DNA from: Tubulanus polymorphus
Lineage: Eukaryota; Animalia; Nemertea
Reading direction: 5' to 3'
Length of the DNA stretch: 64,000 bases
NCBI RefSeq assembly: GCF_964204645.1
Contig: NC_134032.1
Location: 434,001-498,000, forward strand
Shown here: piece after piece, positions 26,523 to 39,821 of the stretch
Numbering within the stretch: the stretch's first letter is position 1
Layout of the letters: each line of letters begins with the position of its first letter
Notes under the pieces: generated by a model
Told to the model about the DNA's origin: nothing
What the model saw: only the letters and a program-made list of their open reading frames with translations
The model's database searches: none
Program-made: the position numbers and the translations under genes

Positions 26523-28982
26523 ATGGCGTCCAACTCTACATACAGATTCGAGCTCGCAGTTTCTTATCGTGGTCGCAAGATCGGTGTTTGGTCGGATCAC
26601 GACAACGACTACAGAACGATACAGAATTATTACTTTCAACCGTTGTTCGATTTAGAATGTGATCTGATCGCTACTGCTGGTGATCAATTACAACTACCGA
26701 TACAGATGTGGACAGAAGAATTAGAGACTATTATCGAAGTAAAACTGAAAGCGATCTATACGGAACAAGTTATAAATGTACAAATGATGCCGTTTGACGA
26801 GGTAAACATCGTTCAGACCCCGATAGAAATATCTGATTTCTGTATTTAAATGTTTAATTAATCGTTGACCCCGATATGATGAATTCGAAGGTCGAGAATC
26901 CAGCAACAAATTAGTCTCACAAAAACATTTTTCATTATGTACTTTGATCATGAAATGTACTTCATGAAATACTAAAAGTAATTCTGCATTTGGATGACAC
27001 TGTATTATCGACAGGTCTACTAGCTAGGTATAACTGTGACTCCGCGATGTGAGAGTAAAATAACGTTCTTTCAATTTCAGGTGAAATTGCAATGGAGAGA
27101 AGCGCCCCCTGGTGTAGAGATACCGAATCATCATATCGGGTTTAATCACTGTCCAGCGATTCATGTGTTTATCGTTAAATGCTCAGACGATGAATCAGCG
27201 CAAAACTTAAAAACACATCTTCAACAAGTCCCGCATTCATTAGTGTCGGGGCTTCATGTGATCGCTTCAAACCAGGCATCTGCACATAATTTGTATAAAG
27301 TAAATTCAGTAGGTGTGCCGATCAGTGAAACCCGAACAGTTCGACCAGACATTGATGAACGACATAGTTCTTTTATAGAACATGTCAGACAGTTTCACGA
27401 TAATCTAGAAAATCAATTCTGTCAATTGAAACACACTATAGAAACAGTTGAAGAGAGGCTGAACCGGTGCTGTACTGAGCAACAACCTGAAGAGAGGCTG
27501 AACCGGTTCTGTACTGAGCAACAACTTGAAGAGAGGCTGAACCGGTGCTGCACTGAACAACAACTTGAAGAGAGGCTGAACCGGTGCTGCACTGAACAAC
27601 AACTTGAAGAGAGGCTGAACCGGTTCTGTACTGAGCAACAACTTGAAGAGAGGCTGAACCGGTTCTGCACTGAACAACAACTTGAAGAGAGGCTGAACCG
27701 GTTCTGCACTGAACAACAACTTGAAGAGAAGCTGAACCGGTTCTGCACTGAACAACAACTTGAAGAGAAACTGAACCGGTGCTGCACTGAACAACAACTT
27801 GAAGAGAGGCTGAACCGGTTCTGCACTGAACAACAACTTGAAGAGAGGCTGAACCGGTTCTGCACTGAACAACAACTTGAAGAGAGGCTGAACCGGTTCT
27901 GTACTGAACAACAACTTGAAGAGAGGCTGAACCGGTTCTGTACTGAACAACAACTTAAAGAGAGGCTGACCAAAATTACTGATGATGTCATAGGGAGAAT
28001 TAATAAATTGGAGAGATGTAGTGGTGACGTCAAAGGGCGAATAGATAATCTGGAGGGATGTATCGATGACGTCACGCGGCTACGTGTAGGAATAATCGAT
28101 TCATTGACGTTCAATAAACGGGTAGATACAGATTTCAGACCCCACCTGATGACGTCAGTACCCGGTGAACACGTGGGTGAACAGTCACGTGTTATATGTG
28201 CGCAGTGGTGCTCGACTGGTTCTATATATAGTATGAATGATGATAATATACAGAGATACATAGAGATTGATGGTGAGATACAAGGACTCGCTGCTGATAG
28301 TGACGGGTTTCTGTTTGTGCTCGTGGGGGGAAACAGTGAATTCATCCTGAGAAAATATAAAAATCAGAGAAAACTCTTCGAAGAAAATATCACTGATCTC
28401 CTGCCTGGAGTCTGTGTATCCTTAGTGATCCGTGATCACATTATCTATATACAGACAAGAGATAGAGACGTTCATGTTTTACGTTTAATAGAAATCCCTG
28501 CTGAAAACAGATTGATCGATAGATGCCGAGTGAAGAAATATCAGCTCCCGGATGGAGAGTACAAACATATCAACTGTTTCGATGTCGATTCAAAGGGACA
28601 CATGTTCCTCTACTGTTCGCATACACGCAGATTATTGTATCTAACACCAGAAGCGGAACTGATAAGTTTTATCAATATGAAGGATTTCGGACTTACATTT
28701 GATCCACTTGCAGGATACCCGTGTGTTATTAATGATGATCGTATATTACTATCGGTAAACTCTAATACTGGTAACAGAGCTGCTGTTATCAGTATCAGAT
28801 ATAATGATCAGGGGTTTATAGATCACCCGCGTATAATACTGAACTCTACAGACAGTTGGACATGTGACATACATCCCGTGTTTGACAGTGACACTGTAGT
28901 TATCCGACACCGTGATAACAGTAGTAATCAGTATTCATTGAGATTCTACAGTATAAACACTGTATTGACTCCCCCGATTTAG
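26523..28982 (+). CDS. Uncharacterised protein, 726 aa (paralog A): N-terminal domain, 13-aa tandem repeat, C-terminal beta-propeller-like region; exons 26523-26801, 27081-28982
   Basis: GT-AG phase-0 intron (FDE|VKL) in the same position as in the paralog at 45.3 kb; strong similarity between the two proteins at both ends. Confidence 0.8.
27452..27969 (+). repeat. Coding 39-bp tandem repeat (EERLNR[F/C]CTEQQL) x ~13
   Basis: Directly visible in the DNA and in the 648-aa ORF. Confidence 0.95.
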
Positions 28983-30092
28983 AGCCGAAGTCCAAACCGA
29001 TTCTGAACCGGCTCGTGAATATTGCTCGGATATAGAGGGCGCTGCAGGTGCCGATGAACTGTCGATTATACACGATTATTATTTCCCAACATTATTTCTA
29101 GTTGATTATTTAACTTCACAGTTATAACTTTTATCTTTGAATAGGGATTGTCCGTCCCTCTTATTTGATTGATAGATTTGATCTTACTTGATTTGGTTTT
29201 CCATAATAAAAACCTACCACACCTGTCCGGAACGAAACAGCGGGGTGTGATGTTGAAATGAGATTTGAATTACATATACAAGTCAACCCCCGATATACCG
29301 CCCGCCCACATCGGTGCAGAATGATTTTGGCGGTGTAGAGAGTATGGCGGTATATCGGGAGTGTTTTATTATGTATTTGTATAGAGATGTACATTGAGAA
29401 AACCTGGCGAGGGCGGTAAATGGGAGGGCCGTATATCGGGGCTTGACTATAGTTAGGTTCGAATTTACAAAATTTTCGAAATTAAAAAATTGCAGGATGT
29501 CTTTTTTTAACATTTTCAATGTTAATATAATCTAAAATTGCCTTAGTCTTTGTGAATTTGGATATGCATGTGATGATCTCTTGTTCCCGAGGAGACCACG
29601 CGGGACCGCGGGTGCACCGGGTTTTTAACTATTGAGTTTTTATTACGAACATGATATATTACAATATAGAATGGACGGCCACAAATCGTCCGGGGACATG
29701 TGGTCTCGAAACGAAAAGAAAAAGAACAATATTACCTAGATACACCGTACTACTGGTATTAGCTTTTACATTGAGACAAAAATCTTATCAGACGCCGATT
29801 CCTCTTTATAATATAGATTAAAAGCGGATTCCTGTTTATAGTATAGATTAGCTGTAAAATACACTATGAGCTAATGTAAATATTGTAATGTATATAATAT
29901 TAAAAAGCCGATTCTACGTGTCCTAGGACAGGATTTGGTTCCCATTTAGCCGATTCCTCTTTATAGTTAGGATGAACTGTGGTCGTTATTTACTGTTTAA
30001 CAATTTATCGTTTTCTTTTTAAATCGGGCGGGTCGATTTTGGTATTCAGAATCGTAAGAAAAAAAGTAAATACCTATCGTATGCCTAATATA

Positions 30093-30361
<269 letters not shown>

Positions 30362-30577
30362 GTATCTGTTTAGCTGTAATAGCCTCCTGTCTATTGGACA
30401 AACACAAAATGTCAGTTTACGAGAGTTTACGTCGAGTTTCTGATATTTCACGTCGAGTTGTGAAGCTCGAATCTAATTTGCTTTGTTGTAAATCGGAAGT
30501 TATTGTAGCCACCATTTCGTGTGTATTTAATCAATAAACGATACCAATAACTATTTACTACTCATTCTATTTTCTAT

Positions 30578-31171
30578 TGCGGTAATTCGAGCGTCCATTT
30601 TCTTCACCAGAACTGACAAATCTTCAACGGCTGAAAATAACGATGAAATGCGTCGTACATAAATCAAGACGTCCATTTTTCACTACTTATAGATATAAAT
30701 ATCTAACTACCGTCAAGTTGCTACAGGGTCTCAACAGATCGGCCATTCCTGGATATAAGAAATTTTCAAGGAGTTTTTAAAGAGAAAATTTCATATTTCA
30801 AGGAAGCGTCTGCATTACTTTCGCACGTATATCCCAATTACAGTAGACTCCTCCTAAATCGGTACCGTTTATCTCAGTAAACCATTAATTCAGTGGTTTT
30901 GTAAGGAAATAATTAGTCAGCAACGAAAGCGAACACTTTAATATTCAAAGGTCTCTGGTGAACATAGGCATATACACAAACAAATGACACGAGCTACAAT
31001 TTCGCAAAACTGATGAACCCTAAAAACTGATTTCATTCTTAAGAAAGTGGTAATACTTACGGAGTTTGAACCGAGTTTGTGGAGGTTTTTTGTTTCATAG
31101 AAATCTCTTTCGGCGTCATGGTAACGGAAATGATCGAACCAAACGGTTTCGAAAGCGAACGGATGAACCAT
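30578..31171 (-). pseudogene. EEF1D: Second, fragmentary EEF1D-like copy (first coding exon 31171-31061 and part of the leucine-zipper exon at ~30630-30578)
   Basis: Near-identical to 9930-9805 and 7249-7197, but the two middle exons are absent. Confidence 0.8.
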
Positions 31172-31740
31172 GTTGAAATATATTCTAGATAACGTCAAGA
31201 GAACGACCTAAAAAATAAAGAAACATTTATCGAATCCTGTGTCTATTTGGCCCGTACCGAGGGGGTAGAGAAACAACCCCCTGAAATCTTCAAAGTGCCC
31301 TTAAAAAAGCCAGTGTCTAAAAAAATTGGTCATTTTTCGAAATTTGGAACATGAAAAGGAATCCTTTCTAAAATGAATAATTTAATCAGGTACCCGGGCA
31401 CTTCATATAAAAATGTCTTTTTTCATTGGGAAATTGCCCCTTTTCACGGTGAAAAAATAGGCCCATTTTCGTGAAATAGAGCTGTCTCAAAAAAGCTCGG
31501 CACGGTCCTGTCTGTTTTTTAACACTGTAGGCCTGTAGGTAATCTATACACCGTTCAGATGTTTGGGGTCATTGTAAGACCCACAATAGGCCTATACACG
31601 AATTATGGTATTCCCAAAATGAACTCAATATACAGCGGAACCTCGTCAAGACAAAAATATTCGGAAATTATTCTGGATTAAACCTCATACAGTCGTCACA
31701 TCATCTAAATCACAATCTTAATGATTCTATAAATTCTAAA

Positions 31741-31862
31741 GAGCGGTGTGGCCGAGTGAGATGCCCGGTCGTGGGTTCAAACCTCGTCAATCGCCGTAGC
31801 CTCCTCAGGCAAGACACTTATCCTCACTGCCTCTCTCAACCCAGGAGTAAATGGGTACCCGG
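31741..31862 (+). mobile_element. tRNA-derived SINE fragment
   Basis: A-box-like tggccgagtg, B-box ggttcaaacc, conserved SINE-core-like ggcaagacactt...cccaggagtaaatgggtacc. Confidence 0.7.
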
Positions 31863-32194
31863 CCTGATAGATGACGCATATGCATAGGGCTACATAGGCT
31901 AGTAGCCTCTACGAGGCAAAGGCTAAGTTCACTGTAAAAGAGGAATTAGATTTATTAAAATGCATGTTAATTAGTGATTAAATGGTTCTGACTTGCAACG
32001 ATCAATCACAATTATCAATTTTATTCACTCTCAATTACAGCTCACTTATTATTGAAAAGATTTCATAAACGTCTGCGCCTTCTTCTTGCTTTCGTTCGTA
32101 AATTCAAATGACCTTCAATTATACCCAACGTTGAGCATGTATAAAGGCAACTTCGATATTCAATAATATTTCCAAATTCAGAAAATGAATAAAT

Positions 32195-33225
32195 GAAGTT
32201 TCAGTGTATTAAAATCTGTTGTAAGGTCATTTGTTTTTTTTTATCTTTAAAATGTACGAATCTGTATTTAAAATCATCAAAGGAAATCCACAATAAAATG
32301 TTCCATCTTCAGTTGATAAATCATAAACATAATCTGTTGCTCTTGGATTTGATATTTCAAAACTATCTCTCATTTCTTTTGTTAATCCTTTCTCAGTGTG
32401 GCTTAAATCATATTCTTTTGGTCTATTTTTTCTCAATCCTAATGATGAGCATGATATATTTAATCAACTTTCACGCATTTTCCGTTTTGAATGAATCGAA
32501 TTGTTTTATTTTTGTGAATCGTTTTGTTCCATCAGCAGGGGAGCGTAGAATCCAATGAAATACAATTTTCTTAATTAATTATGGTGCATTTAATACATAA
32601 TCTGGAATTAATTATCATTTCTCTTTTTTATCTATAATTGATTCCATCAATATAAAATTCATTACTGTAGCACACTCTTTAGGTTTCAAAACATTTTAAG
32701 AAATAACATAACTACTTCACGATATTTCTAAATTTTTTAAGTTTTTAAATCTTGATTACATAAACACCACCAAAAAGAGTAGAACTAACATATTAATAAC
32801 TATCTGCTGAGCCTTCTTCAATGAAAAATTCTTTAATAGAATATTTTTGTTCTAATGTTTCAGTTTCTATGTTATAGATATTTTCAATTATTTCATCAAA
32901 TGATTCATTCTTGGAAAAAAACTTTTATGTTATAATTCATCTTTAGTTTTTATGTCAGTTTTATGTTAGTTTTTATGTCAGTTTTATGTTAGTTTTTATG
33001 TCAGTTGTATTTCATCACCTTTTTTTTCTACTTAAACTTATGATCTTCCGTAAGATCAACAAATCCTTATTCAGTTCTAACCCTATATATTTCTTATTTG
33101 TCTAATTATATTATTTGATTTTTAAAATCCATTTCTTGTCCAAACATCCATTAATCCATTAATTTGTATAAATTCTTTTTCACCATATGAAATATTCTGA
33201 AATTCATCGACTAGTTCTTTGAATA
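32195..33225 (-). pseudogene. Polinton-type PolB remnant with intein (copy 2; retains the intein N-terminal splicing region)
   Basis: DVWTRNGF*K...IYRVRTE*GFVDLTEDH (block B TxxH at 33051-33040), decayed LAGLIDADG blocks, DYVYDLSTEDGTFYCGFPLMILN|TDSYILKIK (junction 32266/32265). Confidence 0.8.
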
Positions 33226-33362
33226 GCAGCGCATCAAGCTTTTGATACTTCGTGTATCCCAACCAGGAAAATCAATGACGAAAAAAAGACAAACTGATTT
33301 ATTCGCACGTTCATTTATTCATCTGAATCGTCGAAATATAAACTGATCTTAGATTGAACAGA

Positions 33363-34091
33363 TCAAAATTTGGCGCAACAAGTTGTTGGGTTATACCATT
33401 TTTTGTGGGCACATTTCCAGTATCCATTTCTGCAACCAACCACAATGAAACGCACGCCTTTTTTGCCTGAACTGCACGTACACGAGATGTACCGCCTTTG
33501 TATATCCTGCGACAATTCTGAATGATAGGAATCAGTATCTTTATGAACTATTGTATTAATAGTATTATCATTATTACGGAGACAATTATCACTAAGCATT
33601 GCTGGCCGACCAAGAGATAAGGCGTTTTTATTTAAGCAACTCGTATCAAATCGCTTTGCTCCGTCGATTACTGTCACGTGGTACAAATCGAATCGCCTTA
33701 AATAAATGACCCTACTCTCCACAACCGGAATCTGAATTTTCTGCGATTGAAAAAGCCGCCATTTTGTTTTTGATATATCGCCGAACGCTACAAAGACGTA
33801 GCAAATCGAATCAAAGCGCTTCGATTTGGTCGCGTTGGCGATTTGCTTAAATAAATGGACGATTCGATCCGTGTTGATTCGAGTTGCTTAAATATAAACG
33901 CCTATAGTTTTTCAGTCGAGCTGAATTTATATATGGGAGTTGAAATAATGGTAATTTTCATTATTCAATTATTTTAACTCACGAGAATCTGAATAAGATC
34001 TAATTCGCTTCTTACCTTCGGTGGAAACCACTCCCGAAATGACTAACGCGACTGCGACAACCAAAATAAAGATCTGCAAAATGGTCAACAT
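33363..34091 (-). CDS. Secreted 76-aa prepropeptide; mature 42-aa six-Cys cationic defensin/anemone-toxin-like peptide; exons 34091-34016, 33517-33363
   Basis: Signal MLTILQIFILVVAVALVISGVVS, acidic propeptide ending in RR, mature YISCTCSSGKKGVRFIVVGCRNGYWKCAHKKWYNPTTCCAKF. Phase-1 GT-AG intron, TATAAAA at ~34264-34258, AATAAA at ~33319-33314. Confidence 0.82.
33620..33903. mobile_element. MITE in the intron of the peptide gene
   Basis: TIR aggcgttt.tatttaagcaactcg...cgagttgcttaaatataaacgcct. Confidence 0.75.
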
Positions 34092-34496
34092 TCAACGATA
34101 TACAACCGATACCTACAGTTTAAACTATCAGTTCTAATAATTCTGATTCCTGTTGATATTCGTGGTACGTACCTTCATGTTTGTAGAGAAAAGATTTGAA
34201 GCTGATCGGGCGATTTTGCTTTTAAGAGTGATTGGGGGGCGACAATAGATTGAGGCATTTTATATGATCTCCCCTTACAGTTTAAGAGGCTTAATTCTAT
34301 CCGGAACAATCCGGATTTTCTCCTCGTCAATCTGTGTTCGTTGTAAATGTAAATCATAGCTGCATACATAATGAATGGCCGAACAAAATTATTCAGTATT
34401 AGCCACACCTCATATCTAATGTGTTAATGTAGATGACATATTTATCACATCAAATTTTAGATTTCTTATAAAACTATGGATGTAGATAATTTCTTC

Positions 34497-34661
<165 letters not shown>

Positions 34662-35179
34662 TTTTATAACTCTTTTCTCGTATCTTTACACCCACTGATC
34701 ACCTCTTTTGGCATTATTTATAAGTTAGATACTTCGCATCCCGTAACTAACTGCGTGTGCCACTCTTGGCGTTTTTAGAATATTCGAAGTTTCTTGCTCC
34801 CCTCAAACCACCGTCAACACATCGGATGAGTTTTTGACGCCTGAAAACCCTTACGATGATGTTTCTATACATCATAAATGCTATGCGTTATTTGAACAAA
34901 AATCAAAAGTAGCCTAAAATAGCTTTTATTTTTAATGATAGATAATGTTACGTGAAATTTAGCCGTAATGAGTGATGGATTAGTGAAATAAAAATGATCG
35001 ATAAGTGTAAATTATAGGAATTTTCACATCGCGTTGTCTACCCGTGTAGATGTTGGGGCTACACGCTGAATGGAACTTTTCATATTGATATCTATCGAAC
35101 TCAAAGTTTTAGTTGATATCTTATATATGACCTGCTTTAGTGCATCATGATGCATGTCTATCCACAAAAAGCAGGGTGG

Positions 35180-35545
35180 ATAGACTGGCTGGATGACTGA
35201 CGTAATGAATGGAGACTGATGACGGAAAGACTTGGAGGGCTGCGGGTGGATGGACTGACTGGATGAGTGGATGACGGGATGACTGGATGTGGAATGTGGA
35301 TGGACTGACTGGATGAGTGATGACGGGAAGACTGGATGTGGAATGTGGATGGACTGACTGGATGAGTGATGACGGGATGGCTGGATGTGGAATGTGGATG
35401 GACTGACTGGATGAGTGGATGACGGGATGACTGGATGTGGAATGTGGATGGACTGACTGGATGAGTGGATGACGGGATGGCTGGATGTGGAATGTGGATG
35501 GACTGACTGGATGAGTGATGACGGGATGACTGGATGTGGAATTCA
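35180..35545. repeat. Compound minisatellite, ~50-55 bp unit of GGAT/GACT-rich motifs
   Basis: Repeating ggatgtggaatgtggatggactgactggatgagt...gacgggat. Confidence 0.9.
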
Positions 35546-36379
35546 CAGTCGCAGTCGAAAATGTCTACACGAAGATCAATATCCACTGGTGGCGCAACTA
35601 AGAAATAAATTCAATCAAATTTAATTCGTTTAAATGACTAAAACTAATGACTATTTGTGGTTAATTCTGAGGGTATTTCGGTGGGCCGTTATGTAAGATA
35701 GTTAATCCATGCCAGATGCTGGCCGTAGTAACTGACCGCTGGGTGGCCAAGAACAGAGACTGTGAACTTATTTTTAGTTTGTGTTAGTGTAGTACAGAAT
35801 CAATATCATCAGTTAGCGTCAAGAAACCAACGTGTTCGGACTTGTTACTCTCTCAGGCTCCCGGTCTTGTCTCAGCCTTTAGCCGTCGCTGGTCAACAGT
35901 TATTGCGACCCACAACGCTGGTTTTTATAAGTTACCACAATTAACTTCGATATTCTCTAGGACGCCTTAGTGCAGTCACACCATCTCGGTGCCAAAATAG
36001 TCTTAAATCTGAATCCTGCCTATAAGAAATTCTGTCAACGAATCATTGAGGACCCAAGAGAATTGGAGAAGAAATATAGTGAGTTTACGTGTTATTGCTA
36101 ATGATTATGATATTTCGCGTAAGTCTAAACTGAAATACATAATTCACTATAGAATTGTAATGGTAACAGATTGACGACGAGAATATCCGGACAAAACGGC
36201 CGGATTTAAATTCGGAAAGTCGTCAGGTGTCACATTCATAAACACAAGTGACACATCATTGACTATGAATAATTGATCGATAAACATCTGCTTAATGATT
36301 GATATCTATGATTTGCAAACCAACCCACAGATGACACACCATTGATAACTCGACACACCTAACGAATTTGCTAAGCCTT

Positions 36380-36975
36380 TAGCACGTGATGATCTCAAAG
36401 CCAAGCACATCATCCTTACAGGAGACTTCAACTGTCCCGATATAGACTGGGAAACCGACACAGTTCCACCTGGTAGCCCAGAACGAGAAGTCCAACAAAC
36501 GCTTGTAAACTTAACTCTGGAAGCTGATTTGACCCAAATGCACGAGAAGAGAATATACTAGACTTAGTATTCACTACACATCCTTCGCTTACCAAAAATT
36601 CAACATCCATGCCAGGGCTCTCAGATCATCAGATGGTCGTCACTGATATCGGCAGCAAGCCACGCCGAGAAATACAGCAACGACGTCGTTATGCCCAGTA
36701 TCACAAAGCAGACTGGCCGAGCTCGATCAAACGTCAGTAAAAGTCGCCCAGATGCACGGTAACAGCACCGTCCAAAAGATGTGGGTCACCTCAAATTAAG
36801 CCTACATAGCTATGTTAAAGAACACTTACCATCATCAAAGCTCTCTGACCAGAAACAATGACCACCCTGGTTCAGTTATAAGATCCGTAAACTATTAAGA
36901 CGAAAAAGACGCATCTATGACAAGGTTATATGCAAAAAAAAACTGGAAAACCTTTAAATCCTTTCAGAAAGAAAA
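36380..36975 (+). mobile_element. CR1/L2-type LINE AP-endonuclease remnant
   Basis: ILTGDFNCPDIDW, ILDLVFTT, PGLSDH and PWF motifs, with frameshifts. Confidence 0.85.
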
Positions 36976-39502
36976 GTCTCCTAAATTCGGCAACTTTGAT
37001 ACTGTGAGATCAGGTTCATGGTCCAGATGTGATACCGTTAACACTATAAACAAAACTCGCTGGAGTCACTGGGTTGGATGTGATACCCCTAATGTAATAA
37101 TACACATTTCTACCGGTATATAGGTAAGTTATCTATTGAATGGTATCATAATAAGAATGTTGATGGATAGCTAGGCTATCTTGATATCTGTAATTCACCA
37201 TTCTCGCCGATTCTTTGGCGACAAAATCGGAAATTGGTGATAAAGATCGATTTACAGGATTCAGGAAAAATGGGAAAAGTATGTGCTGGGCCCGGTTTCA
37301 CGAAACAGTTTAAGCCTAAAACAGTTATGTTTGAATTGTTGTCCTCATTGAAAACATGAAGTAACCAATGGCAATTACACCAAAAATTTGAGTTGAACTT
37401 GTTTGTGAAACTGGGGCCTGGATGTCTGAAAAATATTCACCGGCCGACGTTTATCATCACTCCTCTATTCTTATTAGTCCGAAGCTCCCTAGACGCCATC
37501 CTCACTACTCCAGTTTGAAGTGGATTTCAATCGATACTTGTATTCATCGATAAATCTCTTTGTGTCATATTTCATAAAGGAAAGTGCTCGAATCGCTGTT
37601 CTAATAACACATTAACATACACACAGTAAATATATAGACGTTTTGCATATTTATTTAAAAGTTGAAACAGACTATACATAGCTCGACACTTGACAACATA
37701 TCAGAATCCAGCACAATTTTCAAAATCGTTTTCGAATATATTTTCAAACTTTATCAGGGTTCATAGGATTTGCAGCCTTTCATTTTCCACACCTTTCCCA
37801 ACAAGGACAAATATCCACATTTCCGTAGCTACTAAATCTGGTACGAGTTTATGACCTGAGGCAGAATTGAATGTTACAAAAACAAATACTAGACCTACGG
37901 TACTATAACCTCAAGAACAAATTAGACGGACCGTATTTTTAAGATTCAATCGCTTTTTCAAGGCCAAATAGCCAATTTTCCATGAGGTTAAGCTTATGTT
38001 CTTAAATACTGACTAGTGCAAGGAGGCACTGTTGATTGGCAAAGTTAAGGAAACAAATAAAACCGCAATAAAAATCATCCAGAAGACATTTCTATCATAA
38101 AGAATTTCCAAACTTGTAGCATCAAATACTAAACTAAAAACAATTTCTTACTTTTTCCAAAGCGTTTTAAAAAGATAATTACTACAACCTATCTTACATC
38201 ACCAGGACTAGTGCGAACCCTGTTTCAAGTGTACGAAATATCATTTTTAGCTCATCCTCGCTTGCCATGGTTTGGATACCACCCGACAAACTCGCGCCAT
38301 CATAAACCCTGGCCGCAAACTCTTCATTGGTCTCTTACACTGCCCAAAATTTTTTGGGCGGACTGGTTGCCACTTAGCGCCTACCAGTCTATATATCTAG
38401 CCAATCAGACGCATTGCATTGATAGAGCCAAACTGCCGGTGAAAAACAACATTGGCTTAACCCATTACTCCTCAAGCCGCCCGTATCCGCCCTGTCTATT
38501 ACACCTCAAGCCGCCCGAATCCACCCCCGCACCTTTTGTATGCTGCACGAAAACGGTTAAAGTGGCAACATCCTCCTATTTCAATTTCTCGAGTATTTCG
38601 AATTTGAACATGACACATCTGAGCGCGCACTTCTAATCCAAGTAAGTTTGGATGAATTTCGGGGGCCAAAAGGACACGATTTTGGTGGCCCGCATAATCA
38701 AATCTTATATCATATGATTATGAAAGCCTCGACTATTTACTACACTAACTTGTAGTGCATGGAAATAAACAGCAAATGAGATATTTGGTATCGAGATGAA
38801 CTTGGATTTTACCTTGAATTTTCTGATCAGAGGAGTAATTGACATTACATAGTACAATTCTTGAGTGCTGGGTTAAAACACAGACTGGTGGCCGCTGAGC
38901 AGCAGCCTGTCCGCCCAAAGCTCGGCGAGCGGCGACCAAATGTCTGGCAAGCGAGGATACTTTTAGCTGTGAAATAGTCAGCAATAAAGACACAGGACCC
39001 TAAACCATAGAAGACACGTGTGACAATCATCAGACACCTGTACAGTGACAATCATCAGACACCTGTACAGTGACAATCATCAGACACCTGTACAGTGACA
39101 ATCACTGTTATAAAGTCGTTATAGTTAAGACAATCACTATAATTGTGATGACTTAGCAAACTGAATTGCGAATACAAATTGAGACGACTTATATAATGTG
39201 ATGACTTAAACTTTGTAAATAGAATTGCTAATACAAATTGAGACGACTTAAATTGAGACGACTTATCTGTTGACGACTCAAGCAAGTTTGGCCGATTGAG
39301 AAATTTAAAACTCAACCCCGATCCATACAGCGTTCATGATAACTCTTATCATGAACTTGTTTAATATATCCGATATGTAAATGATAAAACAGTGAAATAA
39401 AGCAGCGATCCTGCTGGCCTTGACCATCGTGTTCGGCCCGACTCTTGATTATCAATGCAGCACAATTAGCATACCGTACCTAGCTAGAGACACATTTCAG
39501 TC

Positions 39503-39792
39503 CATCCTCGCTTGCCAGGGTTAGATCGGCTCACGTCAACACACACCCCGACCGCTGATCTTTCATCGGAATTTAACAACCAAAGATTTCTCAGGCGGTC
39601 ACCAGCGGATGTATCTAGCCAATCAGATGTGTTGCCTTTCACCGGCAGATTCGATCTACCAAAACAACAACGCATCCGATTGGTTAGATATTCAGATTGG
39701 CGGCCATCGAGTGCCAACCAGTCAGCGCAAGACATCTGTGCTGCAGGGTGTGTGGGAGGTGAGGGGCGATCATCCTCTGGCAAGCGAGGATG
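39503..39792. mobile_element. Non-autonomous DNA element with TIR CATCCTCGCTTGCCA; related longer element at 38253-38958
   Basis: Inverted termini catcctcgcttgccag...ctggcaagcgaggatg and an internally palindromic body. Confidence 0.75.
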
Positions 39793-39821
39793 AATTAAGT
39801 TCTATTCTCAATTTGTAGTAT

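Noticed and set aside
25616-26655. Three long overlapping ORFs and a CRISPR-like look of the 43-bp array
   Set aside because: Units are head-to-tail with no unique spacers and no cas genes; the ORFs arise because the 43-nt unit lacks stop codons.
27405-28345. Antisense ORFs over the 39-bp repeat
   Set aside because: Shadows of the + strand coding repeat.
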